Position numbers and translations under genes: made by a program. The notes under the pieces are model-generated. The model searched no databases and was not told the origin of the DNA. It worked only from the letters and a program-made list of their open reading frames with translations. Shown here piece by piece: positions 51,378 to 64,000 of a DNA stretch of 64,000 bases. This stretch comes from Chiloscyllium plagiosum (lineage: Eukaryota). Location: positions 12,232,842-12,296,841 of the forward strand of contig NC_057753.1 of the NCBI RefSeq assembly GCF_004010195.1, written 5' to 3'. How positions within the stretch are numbered: position 1 is the stretch's first letter; each line of letters opens with the position of its first letter.

Positions 51378-52576
51378 AATTGTGCATTTTCTCTGAACGC
51401 CATTATACCTGGCTGCCACTAGAAGGCAGCAGTGGCATGAAGATTATTCACATGCATGTGTAATCAGTTTACAATGACTGTGTGGGGACATAGAGAGTTA
51501 GCTTTCTATGTCAACAAACATCGAGCAGAATTTCATCAGTAACCATTAGAAAGCAATAAAGTATAGGATGTATGGGCAAGCTATTGGACATTCAGTCCAT
51601 TTGGAACTCTGCTTTTCACTGGCATTATGGATGATTTAATGATCTTAATATCCATTTACTGCCTTACTACTATATCCCTTGGCTCTCTTATTAATTAAAC
51701 ATCTGTCTAACTCGCTAAAATATTCAAGGAATTGTTCATTTAACATTTGGCCAACTCCAACTACTCTGTATCCATATGTTTGGATGAGGGAATCTGTTGG
51801 ATATTTCCAAATTTGCCTTCATTGCACGAGTGTTTGAGTAACAGACCAACGAGTTCACTGAAGTGACAAAATATATTTTTCAAAACACACCAATGGGAGT
51901 ATCTTGGTATTTCCAGTCACAAGGCTGTAACTGCATATTATGAGATGTTCAGGCCAAATAGCTCCAGATGGAATGATGGGATCCATGAACTATAAGACAT
52001 AATCTGTGCAGCTGGATTGCAAGCCACTGACGTTACCACGATGTCACCGACTGTCAGTCTGGTGAATGTACACCCCAATACTATTAAGAAGGGACTGCTA
52101 GGATTTTCAGTTGGCAGATATACAATAATCGTTCTGAAGTTCAAACTCGGAATGGTATGTATGCTTTGACCTGGATTTTGAAGCTTCTGTTGCTCAGGTT
52201 GCTTTGATGTCTTTTTCCTGAATTGGACAGTTTGTGAGTTTCGAAGATGACGCAGAAGGGGACGTTGAAGGAATTTGTTGACACAATAAATCTAAAAACA
52301 TCGGATTAACCTGTAAGCCTGCAGTCCTGATAAATAACTAAAAACTTTACAAGAGCGCTGTTACTTTTAAAGTAAGTACAATGTGAATATTCCTTATGAT
52401 AACTTCACCTCAAGAAACCTCACTACACGAAAACTGGCGAGTAAATAGTTGATCATTGTGTTGAGGTCCCAGAGGAACCATTGTTAGTATGCATCGACTA
52501 CATGGAACTCTCATAATGCTGTTTTAAATGGTGCCCTATATCTGAGACGAGAACAATATCGCTGGTTTGGTTTCTC

Positions 52577-52990
52577 NNNNNNNNNNNNNNNNNNNNNNNN
52601 NNNNNNNNNNNNNNNNNNNNNNNNNNNNNNNNNNNNNNNNNNNNNNNNNNNNNNNNNNNNNNNNNNNNNNNNNNNNNNNNNNNNNNNNNNNNNNNNNNNN
52701 NNNNNNNNNNNNNNNNNNNNNNNNNNNNNNNNNNNNNNNNNNNNNNNNNNNNNNNNNNNNNNNNNNNNNNNNNNNNNNNNNNNNNNNNNNNNNNNNNNNN
52801 NNNNNNNNNNNNNNNNNNNNNNNNNNNNNNNNNNNNNNNNNNNNNNNNNNNNNNNNNNNNNNNNNNNNNNNNNNNNNNNNNNNNNNNNNNNNNNNNNNNN
52901 NNNNNNNNNNNNNNNNNNNNNNNNNNNNNNNNNNNNNNNNNNNNNNNNNNNNNNNNNNNNNNNNNNNNNNNNNNNNNNNNNNNNNNNNNN
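52577..52990. other. Assembly gap (N run)
   Basis: N run. Confidence 1.
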
Positions 52991-53532
52991 CGCCCCCCCA
53001 CCTTCCATATTCAACTGATTAAGTGCATACTAAAAGGTCCCTACCTTGTTAAACAAGCAGATGAGATTTTGTTTGATTCTTGAAGTAGAACTCCATCTTC
53101 CATTGTAATTAAAAAAGAATCCCAATCCTCTTTCTTGCCTCTTAACCTCTCTTTAAGTTTTTGAGTCAAGCATGATTGGCTCAACTCCTTACTGGTATCA
53201 TTCCTCTTCATTGTGGTACGTTTGCTGTCAGTAATGCATCATTTTCTTAAATAACTGCCATTGTTATTGACAACCCGTTCCGGTAAATACTGTACAGTAG
53301 GGAAATGGTCTGCTTGGGTCCTTCTTGGAGGATCAAATGTAGTTGCTGGGTCAAAGGGCCTGTTTCCTCATTGTAGGGATTATGTGATTTGGCTGTAATG
53401 AATTTCAGCGATCGACAAAGAGACAAACATTTCCAGCTCAGTTCTGATAATATAGGAGTCTCAGGATAAAATGATCTGATTAAAGATAGACATTGCCACC
53501 AACGTAACTGATCACATAAAGATGTTGCAGTT

Positions 53533-53870
53533 GGGCGGCATTGTGACTCGGTCGTTAAAAGAACCAAGGGCCTGGGCTCGACTCTATCCTCTGACGACTG
53601 TCTTTGTGAAGTTTGACCAATTTCTCCGTGTCTCCCTAGGTTTCCTTCAAATGTACTTGTCTTCTTCCACAGACCAAACATATGCCTGTTGGGTATATTG
53701 GCCATGCTACATTGCCCGTAGAGCCTAGGGTTGTGCAGTCTTGGTGGATAGCATTAGCCATTGAAAATACAGGATTAGGGACAGATGGATTGGGTTTGGC
53801 AGAAATGCTCTTCGGAGGATTGTTATGGCCAAAAAGAGCCACATGGTCTGCTTCTCGCTGAAGGGCGTTT
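53533..53870 (+). mobile_element. Degraded SINE
   Basis: gggcggcattgtgactcgg head, ggccatgctacattgccc body. Confidence 0.6.
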
Positions 53871-55539
53871 ATGATTGGTCAAATGCAACTGTTTTCGGTG
53901 GGTCTCCATATCTGACCATTGTTGTAACTGACTTCAGCTAGAAAACTAACAAAATGGCTGGGATCCCTCTTTGATGGTGGAACCATATTCAATTGTATGT
54001 CTCACGTGCAAGAAAAAAAAAAGTGTCCTATGCTGCAAATGCATCTCAGAAATGGTTAATGTCGTGCAGCTCGTCGAACTGTTGAAGTATGCAAAAATAA
54101 CATAGATTTTCTTTCCAAAGCAATATTCGAATTGCAGAATCTTTCAATGATATTATCAGAAGAAGCGTTTATTACATTTCCTATCACTGATTGTACCAAA
54201 ACAATAAAACAAGTAACTGGAGATCTGAACTAAAGCACTTCTTGCTGGCGAAATTCGACAGCTGCAATCCTGGGAGAAAACAATGTTGTCGTTTCCATTT
54301 CAGTGGCTGTCCATGACAAATTAAAGGTACAAGTTCAAGTCAACCTTTGCATTCCATTTTCATACACTTTGGATTTTGGAGTTTCTGTGGCTGGAAGCTC
54401 AATTTCAGCACGAACAATAAGCAACACGTTTATCAGAGATATTGAGTTCTCAAAATGACATGAAATGCTTCCAAAAAAACAGTATGTATTTTTTTTACTT
54501 ATTTAGCATTTTTCAAAACAAACAAGTTATAATTCAGGGGCCACAGTATTTACCATGGAGGAGGGCGAACTATCCTCATGATAACATAGTTTTCACTGAA
54601 GAATGAATCACAGATATATTACATTTCAGTGACGGAAAGGCGACGCGCCTAATTGATCCAAATCCACCACGAGGTGGGGCATTTAGCCCTTATGAATATT
54701 CACAGCCGAAGACGAGTGAACTGACAACCAGTAACTGGCAAATGTGACTTAATAATGTAAAGTGGAAGTACAGCCACCTTTCTGATTACATTGTACAACA
54801 TTAAACGAAACAGAAACTAAAAGAATCACGAAAATAATCTTGACCTTTTTGTGGAAGGGAAAAGGTAAAGCACGATGTCAGGTGTGTTTAGGGTTTGGTG
54901 GTTCGTGCGAAATGGGCTGGAACTGCAGAGACTATGAAACACTTAAACTAAATCTGGACTCAACCACTAATGGCACGGATTCTACGATCCAGAGAAATCA
55001 CAAAAACTATTGAGATCATCGTTGAGGACATAATGGCGTGTTCATAAGGACCATAACAAAGTGAAGGACAACGTGAGAGATTCAAATAAATCAATACAAT
55101 AAGCCTGAGACGTAAATGAGAGCGAATCAGATAATGAGTCATCGAAGAATGGAGACTGCGAAGAAAGGACAGGAAGTGGTGAATATCAAATGAAATGAGC
55201 CGGATCATTGGAAATCTGCATTAATGATCACAGGCACGGGCCTTATTTTAGCATATCTATCTTCGGCACACAATTTGTGTTTTTTGCATAATCCGTTCAT
55301 TTTAGCAAACACGGTTATCAAGGCTGTGGAATGCAATGTTCGTATCTCCAGTAGAGAAGCAAGAACACGTTATTCAATTGTAAGAGAGCGATCGAGATAG
55401 AGAGAGACAGACAGGGAGAGACAGAGGGAGAGAGGTGGGTGCGTCGAGGGGGTGGGGGGGCGGGGGGGAGTGCCACGCACTGATCCTCTCTGATGGAAGA
55501 AAACAACATAACAAGATTATTTGTAACTAGCCAGACATG

Positions 55540-56410
55540 TGATGGAAGACACCAGCACGTTCTTGAGTTCACCTCGAAACTTCTGGGATATTACTCAAAT
55601 GAAGATTTTGTTGCTGGATCTGAGTCTCTGCAGCTTGTTGTTCGATTGTTGAAGCAGACATTGTGGGTCTGTGAAATCCAAGCCACTAAAGTAGGACCCA
55701 CCCCTAACCGGACATAGAAGAACATTGATGTTCCAAAGAAGATGAAGCTGAGCGAAATAGTGAATGACAGTAAAATGGACCTGATGTGGGTGGCCATCTC
55801 TGGGTCTCCATGGTTTCCCTCAACATAGTGTCTCATTCAGGCACACCTGGCCACCAAGAGGTATCTGACTGTCAAGGGATTGAGCAGTGGAATGTGGAGG
55901 ATCGAGAGAATAGGCTCAAGATGTGATTCAGCCAGTCATAGATCCTCCATGAAGGTTATTTGTTCCATGTGTCGATGAAGTCACAGAATGAGGTCATTCT
56001 GTCTACTTTGTACAAGAGTCAGTCTTCAAAGTAGGAAGGCAGGTTCTGGATGCAGGTCAGGAAACAAACCACTCCGATGAACAGCGAGACAGATTTAATG
56101 ATGCAATATCTTCTCTTCGCACTCTGGCAGCATATCACCACGAAATGGTCGATGGTGAATAGCACAGTCAGCCAGACAGGGCAATTTCGGCTGGCATAGA
56201 TGATCACAGTGTTGTGTGCATAGGCGGAGGTCGTGGACCGAGCACTGTGCCAGAAGTCAATACCACAGATCCAATTCAGGATGCACCTAATCACAATAAA
56301 TCACTCACTGCTATCCCCGTAAAATAAATTGTGGTGCACCAAGAGAGTCCACACCATCTGCCTAATGGTATGATAACCGTAATAGTATCGCCATCCCCAA
56401 ACAAGGTGGT
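55540..56410 (-). pseudogene. GPR139/142-like GPCR pseudogene, close paralogue of the 38531 gene
   Basis: Fragments CILNWICGIDFWHS...VWLTVLFTIDHFVVICCQS...NLPSYF* and HGDPEMATHIRSILLSFTISLSF, with stops and frameshifts. Intron and 3' flanks are homologous to those of the intact gene. Confidence 0.87.
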
Positions 56411-59400
56411 TGTGGCAAATTTAAGCATATTATTGAACTGTCTTGATTAATCACTATATGTCATTCTATTGTTTAAAATAAAGACTGATCTGCAATAACT
56501 TTCTTCGTAATAATCATGAAATCTGTGCATGGAAATGTCGAACGCAATGATAACAGATTATTCCATCTTACACCAAAAACATTGAATTGCAGTTTCCAGC
56601 ATTGAAATAGAAATTAATTTTGAATAGTTTATCTGATTAATATTCAGGCAATGCAATCCAATCCAATCTCATGTCAATAAACTGATAAACCACTGTTCTC
56701 TACTTGTTCAAAATAGCAGGTAGAATATAATCTTGCTGCTTTTTGCAAATGGATGCAATAAATTACAACTCAACATTTTACATTCATATATAGCAAGTAC
56801 ACTACCCTGTTCTTTGCCAACATTCTTGTCTCAGGGTTGCTGCAATGCTCCAGTGAAACTCAGCGCAAGTGGTGAGAACAGCACTTCGTTTTCTGCTAGG
56901 GGAATTGGTAGCTCCCTTGACTCAATATCGAGTTCAATTGAAATTTCCTATGTCCAAGCCCCTTACCGCATACACCAGGCAGTATTATTATTTAGTCTAC
57001 GATTGCACACTACCTATTGTTTGTCAGTAACTGTCTCCATTAACAGGTATTAATCCTCCTATCCAGATCGTTAGCCATTCTTTTGTCTTTCCAACAGATC
57101 GCCCTCTCGGTTGGTTCTATGCCCATCTACTATTTAGTCATTAACCACTCCCCCCACCGTGTCTTCTGCATAAAAACCGACATTTTACTAGCTAGCATCA
57201 TTTCCGAGCAAGGGTCACCAGAACGGAAGTGTTAATTCTGATTTCTCTTCACAGAAGCTGCCACACTTAATAGCTTTTGCAACAATTCCTGTTTTTGGAT
57301 TGAGTAGAACAGCTGGGTGACAGAATAGCCAAGGCTCCGATTTTAAGAAAAACAACACGTTTGAACGAAAATGAAAAAAGTGGAGGGCTTTGTTATGCTT
57401 TGTTAACTCTGAGCTACCAGGAATGCAGTATGCTCAAAGGAAATTTTGAGTAACAAAACCTTCACTGCAAGTGATGTAAAAGGGCTGGCTGGGATATGAA
57501 GACATCCCTTTTCATCTTCGCAATGAATGATCTGATTTTGTTTCTTAGGATACTCTTATCTAGTTCTTTTGGGTATTTATCGTCCTGTTCTCAGAGCAGT
57601 AATTGTTGATCTGTCTGTTAATGAACAGAAACAGTTTCAACTGGGCAATTGTCTGTCACCACACATGAGATATGTCTTCCTTGTTAGATCTTCATCCTCA
57701 TTAGTTTATTCTTCCACGATCTTTTCCACAATTGAAGGAACATAAGAATGGTTGGTAATCTCATGTTCAAAACAACTAGCACATTAATATGCTTCATCTA
57801 AGACTTTCAGCGGCAACACATCTCCAGAACAATGATAATAGATTGCTCATCTGTTCTACACCAGTGGGTCATTGTGTTACTTCTTGTGGTATTCGTTGTC
57901 TTTCGGATGACTATCAGATCACATTATTCCACTGAAATGTAGACAACATGAGTCATTCCAGTTAACACTTCGGGAGAGATTTCATTCACATTTTAATCTA
58001 ATTGGGCCTGATGAAACAGATAAGATGGTTTAACTTTTTACGCAAATCACCTATCAGAAATTGTTTTCCCCCTCACCTTCCCCTCCCGCTATATATCAGA
58101 AGTGCTTGAGGACTCCACTGATGCTGTTGCACTGTAAGAGGTATGGAATTGAAGGAATTTCATGCTAATCCACCTCCTGAGGAATCTTCTGACATATTAC
58201 AGGATGTTCTGCACTAACATTGTTGTGTACAAGGTGTTGTTGTAAGACCTGTCTGATGGGGACTAGCTCCCTTTGAACGAGTTCAAGCTCAAGTGTCAAT
58301 AATGTCCTCATAACAGAAATGCTTATGTTGTCTGTGTTGGGCTTGAAGCAACTGTACAGTCATTTTAGATGTTAACATTGGCTTATGAATAACATTAGCA
58401 CACAATGAGCAAATGTCGTAAAAAGCAATGACAATTGAGGGGATTCCATGCTCGAGACTGAAAATACCAAAGTTTTACTTTGTGAAATGTAAATGAACAG
58501 TAAATTTCAGAGGTATATGAAAACGATAACATGACAGAACATACATAAATGTAGCAGGCATTAATTTATTAAAAAAATGAGTTTGCAAGTTAAATTAAGA
58601 ATTAAGACGATTTCTCCTGTATTTTTCTTACATGATCTTGTTGAGTGCTTTTTTTAAATTTCATTAATGATTTTGTGATTCTCATCCTGGGTGTTGTATT
58701 ATTGCCTGAGTTTATTGGTCTGGGAGCTCCCTCACGTGGGCATCAGTTGGAAGTCTCAAGGTAGGTGTTTGTATAGGGACTGAAGTATTTACAGCAGTGT
58801 GGGTTCCAAAGCACAGAAAGACACGGCGACGTCGGAAAGAAGAACTGGAGCGACTTTGAAAGGAAATACGTTGTTTTCTTTGAACAAAACAGGAGAGAAC
58901 CTGTTTTGAAAATATTGCGAGGTTTCTCTCTTCCCCCGAAACATATGATTTCACTAAATATCCCGCAGTGTACCAGGATGCTGAATGTATCAGAACACAG
59001 TTCGAACAGAAGATGTCGAGTAACTGCAGTTCAGCATTATGTTCTGTCCTTCCAAGACTATGAATTCGTGCGGATCCTGGAATGTTGCATCTTCACTATT
59101 AGTCCCTGCAACAAAACACAATCTATCAAACATCTGTCAGAAAATATAACTCATGTAGCAGGCATTGAACATTTAAACATAGACTCACCAAGCAGTACGG
59201 ACATAATCATTAGTAAGGAGCATATGGGGAACATGACACGCCTTCTAGATTTGTACAGTAATAATTGAATCTACAAGTATATTGAGAGTTCAAATCCGAT
59301 ATAGAACAGTGAATTCAGATCGGGGCATATTTCACTCATGGGGAAACACAGGGGGTTTTCTGAAGAAATAAGATTGATTGATTGCTCAGATCTGATGAAG

Positions 59401-60899
59401 GTCGTACACCAATCACTTTTGCTTGTCGACATTCTTTGGTTGTTTCTCTTTATCTATGTTCTGACTTTCTCTGCATCAGCAGACTTCCATTCTGCTCATT
59501 GCCTTTCTGCTTCTGTCGCATGAACGCTCTGCAGATCAATTTACATACTCTACCTGAACATCAATATCCTTCTACCATGAAATCCAATTTACCAGACTCT
59601 CTCATTTCAACCAGTACTCCAAAGCACTCCATGCATGGGAACAGTTACAATGGACGAAATACAATCATCCCACCTCAAAAGTCAAACTAACATGGAAGCA
59701 GCTGCAGCTAAATTCGCAGCATCGAGAAAGAGGATGAATCCGGTTCTTATCTACATAGGTTAATTTTGCAGTAAATGAAGATCATAACATTATCGCGACT
59801 TTGGTCGTTTTACTTGCTTTAAACCACTTAAATTGACAAATGTTTTTGAACATTTAATCAAAAATGGGGGAAATTAGCTTACAGTTTGAATTCGATATTA
59901 ATAATCAGTTTATTTTTATCTGGACTGAAGTATGTTATGATAGGAATAATGGCAAGAAGAGTGAGACATATATATCCAGGAAAACATACCAACAACTTGT
60001 AAATTTAGAGATTTTGCATGAAAAAATGGTTTCCCTCACATTATTCAAAGAGGGATCTCAATTCTTGTATTTGTCTCTTCATTGCAGAAAATCGGGGATT
60101 GTTACAAGGTCAGAAATCCACTCCAGATGGATTAATAATTTGACTTCATGGTCTGGAGTTTGAACACAGAAATGAGGACTTTGAATTTAGTTAATCAAAT
60201 AAACATCTAGAATCAACGCTAGTATTTGAAGGCAGTTCTGGATGGGGATAAACCGTATTCGATTCAAGTGTTGTGTTGGAAAATAAATTTCTAGTTTTGC
60301 CTGACTTACTTTGAACATTAGATCCTCAGGTACAGGGAAGCTGAAGTTTTCAGTGTAAATTCGACTTTTTATTTCCGCAGCGAAGAAGAAATATAGCTAA
60401 AACTGAACCCAGCGGTTCAATATTGATTCATACTATCAGAAATCCATACATTTCAACACTTAAGTCCTATTTTTCCTTTACATGATCCGTGTATTTTCTT
60501 GTAACAATTCGACTTTCAATAATTGAGATCTTATTAGAAAATAATGACTTGATTAAAAATTAAATGCTTCTTACTTGGCGAAAGATCTATGTGTCATATT
60601 TGTTTTCCGCAAATGACAATTTCCTGCTGTTGCACTACTCGACACAATATTGCACACATTCAGAAAGGTAGCAGTAAAATAGCACAGCTGGACAGACTGT
60701 TTCACCTCCACAGACCACAATGTGGCGAGGAAGACAACAAGCAGGTGGGAAAGCATCATGATTTGGGGAGGAAAACAAAGGGAGGCTCGCATGATGTGAA
60801 GAATGAAGAAGCAAAAAATAAAAACAAAAGAGAGGAACAGAGACACGCTCATAACACGATACTTGAAAATCTGAAATACACATGTGAAAGTCACAGGCA

Positions 60900-61600
60900 A
60901 GGAAAGAGGTAAAGGAAGAGTGTAACATCGTATGGGACAGAATTGGCGTGATCGTGAAAACTAAAGAGCAATCGGGGTAGAGAAAAATAAAGAAGTATAG
61001 AGCCCGTTAAATTGATATACAGAGAGATAGACAAAGAAACACGGAGAGAATGAGAATGATCCTAGAGGAAAAAAGTAAAGGAAAAAGCGTAAAAAGTAAA
61101 ATGCACTGAAAAGGGAATGTAGCATTCTACTGGTCAGAATGGGAAAACACAAATTGAAGGAGACTAACATTGACTGACAGAGAGGGATAGAGAAAAGCAG
61201 AAACATAGAGAGAAAGGGAGGCGGGGGGAGAGAGAGAGAGAGAGAGAACGAAAAACATGACAAAACGTCAAAATGAGAAATATTATAAGTCGGATTTAAG
61301 GGGATGTTACAACAGCACAATAGATAACCATAGAGCAAAAGGGGATGGGAAACAGATGTGGAAATAAAGTGATCAAAGCTTACAGGAGTAAGCGAACACA
61401 ATAAAGCGATCATGAAGTTCTGGTAAAAGTGAGTGGATTATGAATACCTGTCAGGAGACGAAACAGAGGCAGAAAAAGTCAAACATCCATAGAGAGAGTA
61501 TAAACGAAATGGAACAATCTACAGATGAAGAGAAATGTAACTGAGATAACATGACGCTTAGGAGAAAGACGTGAATAAATGAAGACGTATCATTTGCAAC
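60900..61600 (+). repeat. Purine-rich low-complexity tract including (GA)n
   Basis: Strong A/G skew; (GA)n at ~61228-61246. Confidence 0.6.
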
Positions 61601-62063
61601 AAACATGATAATTTGGAAGGATAGAAGAAAAGGATTGACTATGTTTCAAGACCAAACAGTGGGATGGTTCCACATCCAATTCGCTGCTTCAGGCGAATAA
61701 TTTCAACATCATTGTGAAATAAATGTTATGCCGGCAATGTTTTGTGTTTTGCATGTTTCAGGACAGATTCAAAAAATGAAATGAAAAGAATAATTCTTCC
61801 CACTGCAGAATTCTGTTTCAATATTGCTCCGTTTCACCACGCCTTTTGCTAACGTCAGGAATTTCAGAACAAGGAGTGTTGAACTGATGGGTTTTTGTGC
61901 AAAACAATGAATTTGCCACTTGCTTGGATGTTACCCTATGTCACCATCAACAAGAAGCCAATTAGCAGAGTGACCGATATCAGTACATACTTCATTTCTT
62001 GACGAATAAGCATTTCAGGTGGAATCACCTTCTGTTCAAATACATCATCTTTTCCCTGCAAAA

Positions 62064-62908
62064 GTGTTTGGGCTTATTTTTTACTTTATTGTTACTGCTG
62101 TAGCTATCTTAACTGGTGCGTTGAAAAATATTTGCCAGTTCAGTTCACAGGTGTTTCATTCATGACATGGAATCAGAGCACAGAAATGTCCATAAATTGA
62201 AGTGAATTGAAGGAAACAGTTTTATCCCTCCTGAACTTATCCTCAAACCAAATGGCATGCATCAGCTGAATGTCTGAGGCGAATGGCTCATGGACCGAGC
62301 CCAGCAGATTGAATTCAAATTTGATTTGATAGACACTGGAAAAATTAACGTTTTCACATTCCTTTACAAGTCTCAGTGGAGAACTGATCACCATAGAAGC
62401 CAATGAAAGTACACTTAAGCAAATTAAATTGTTCGTTATAGAACATGTTGTCTTTAATACATTTCTGCATAATTCTCAAACTAAGTATCGCAGTTCTCTG
62501 ACTGATTCTGGGTGGGAAAGTTACAGTGATATGTCAATGTTTAACGTAATACCCTTCTATGATTTTAGAGACCATTGGCGAGGAGACTCTGTTCCACAGG
62601 CGCCGGGGGAGACCTCAGTAAATGTAGGAGATGATAATCAATTGTTCTGTAATTGCTCTAATGCAATCAATGATGTACTTTACCTGTGCTGGTATATTCA
62701 ATATTCAAGTAGATGTTTTGGGACAAAGCAACACATAGTGTGGAATACAGAAGAATTTCAAGAACAAAACCTTTTTCACTGAAGTTCAATGAATCTAATC
62801 GAACTGTGCTTCTAACCTGTAAATCAGCACAGCTGACAGACTTGTCACGTATTACTGCACACTACGAGCCACATAACTACAGGATCGTAGAGAACTTGTA
62901 CACAAACT
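62064..62908 (+). pseudogene. TCR V pseudogene related to the 35627/47924 family; leader 62064-62115, V 62571-62869, RSS 62870-62908
   Basis: The leader starts with GTG where the paralogues have ATG. V pieces lie in different frames: DHWRGDSVPQAPGETSVNVGDDNQLFCNC...CWYIQ, then SNRTVLLTCKSAQLTD, then YYCTLR. The RSS is degenerate: CACATAA-23nt-ACACAAACT. Confidence 0.85.
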
Positions 62909-63329
62909 GCCAGACTATTGCATGACATGTCAGCGCATGTACGGGTTGAGGTGTTGACAGGAGGTTGGTTAGCCGTGAATTCCACGTTCGTGACGATATC
63001 ATGTACTCCTAATTCAGATAAAGTAATTGTTTAGTTCTGCATTAGTATGCATTTATGCTTTTCTATTTTTTCAAAACAACAAAATGTGCAAATGTAGTCA
63101 TCATCGTGAACAACTAAAAATGAGGAGCCAACTGCAATTTACGTAAGGAAATGTTGGAGTGGAAATACAGACAGGCTTGATTTCTCTGCCAAGGGATCAC
63201 TGGCACCAGTAAAAGGGCAATAAGATCAAAATGAATGTTTGTGCAGCAGTCCACCATTTATAGTTGTTTATTGAACAGGTCCGAAAGGCAGAAAAAAACC
63301 TGCAAGCATTGGCTGTGAAAATCAATACA

Positions 63330-63800
63330 ACAATTGGATCTGGAACAGAAGTAAGCCTTAGGCCCATGTATTCTGCTCTTCAATTCCAGTGAGATTATAG
63401 TTTATCTGAAAATCCTCAACTCTACTTTTGTAACTTTTCTGCATAATCCTTAATTACTTAGTGATTACAACTTTGTCTGCCTCAGCCTTTTAAAGTGTGA
63501 ACGACACGGCCTTTACCGCCCTTTGCAGTACTTAATTCTGCCTGAGAGAATACGTTTCTCGTTGTCTCTGATCAAGCTGGCTGTCCCTTTACTCTGAGGT
63601 TGTACCTTGTGATCCTCGACTCTCCCCCTCCAAAAGTGTAAATAACGTTTATGCTTCTACCCTATCAAGCACACGAAGAATTTACTATTTTTCAATCAAA
63701 TCGCATCTCATACCTGTAAACTCCATTGAAATCAGTTCCAATCAATATCTTCTCATAAGACATATCTGTGATCAACTTTGTGAAACCTGTCTTAATGCAT
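63330..63800 (-). mobile_element. Degraded CR1-type 3' fragment
   Basis: Similar to 6290-6720 (ctagattctcc/ctcgactctcc...ctatcaa pattern). Confidence 0.45.
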
Positions 63801-64000
63801 CAATTGCCCATATGTCTTTGGAAAGATTGCAGCAGCTGTCCCGGAAATGGAAACAGGAAATGTGAAGTCAGGTGTGGTGCTGCAGATAGAAGCATACTGC
63901 CACATTTACTTTCATGGCACGGAGACAACGGGGTACCAACCTGTTCATAATGTCGACAGATTAAATTCCAGACGTTTGTCTTTTCTCGTTTCTCCTTATC

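Noticed and set aside
58667-58766. Hydrophobic leader-like stretch ending in AG/GTAGGT
   Set aside because: The ATG frame closes immediately (ATG ATT TTG TGA) and no V exon follows.
60571-61413. Phe/Leu-rich minus-strand ORFs resembling membrane proteins
   Set aside because: Artefact of purine-rich low-complexity DNA.
61890-61898. Perfect nonamer GGTTTTTGT
   Set aside because: No heptamer at 12 or 23 bp.

Overview
Eukaryotic, repeat-rich DNA from a cartilaginous fish. The elasmobranch HE1-type SINEs, CR1 LINEs and a NAR-type antigen-receptor cassette point to a shark. The window looks like part of the T-cell receptor alpha/delta V region. It contains: (1) an intact-looking, compact NAR-TCR-type leader-V-D-J cassette on the minus strand (5704-4417) with 22 / 12-12 / 23 RSS spacers; (2) four conventional TCR alpha/delta-type V segments on the plus strand, three with open frames (32582, 35627, 47924) and one pseudogene (62064), all with 23-RSS; (3) one intact two-exon GPR139/GPR142-like GPCR (39976-38531) and two GPCR pseudogenes, interleaved with the V genes and apparently co-duplicated with them; (4) many CR1/L2-group LINE fragments, SINEs, a Penelope-like inverted element with hammerhead-ribozyme relics, tandem duplications and three assembly gaps. 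No constant-region exon and no intact 'supporting' Vdelta was found. Family assignments come from motif recognition by eye, not from database searches; repeat boundaries are approximate.
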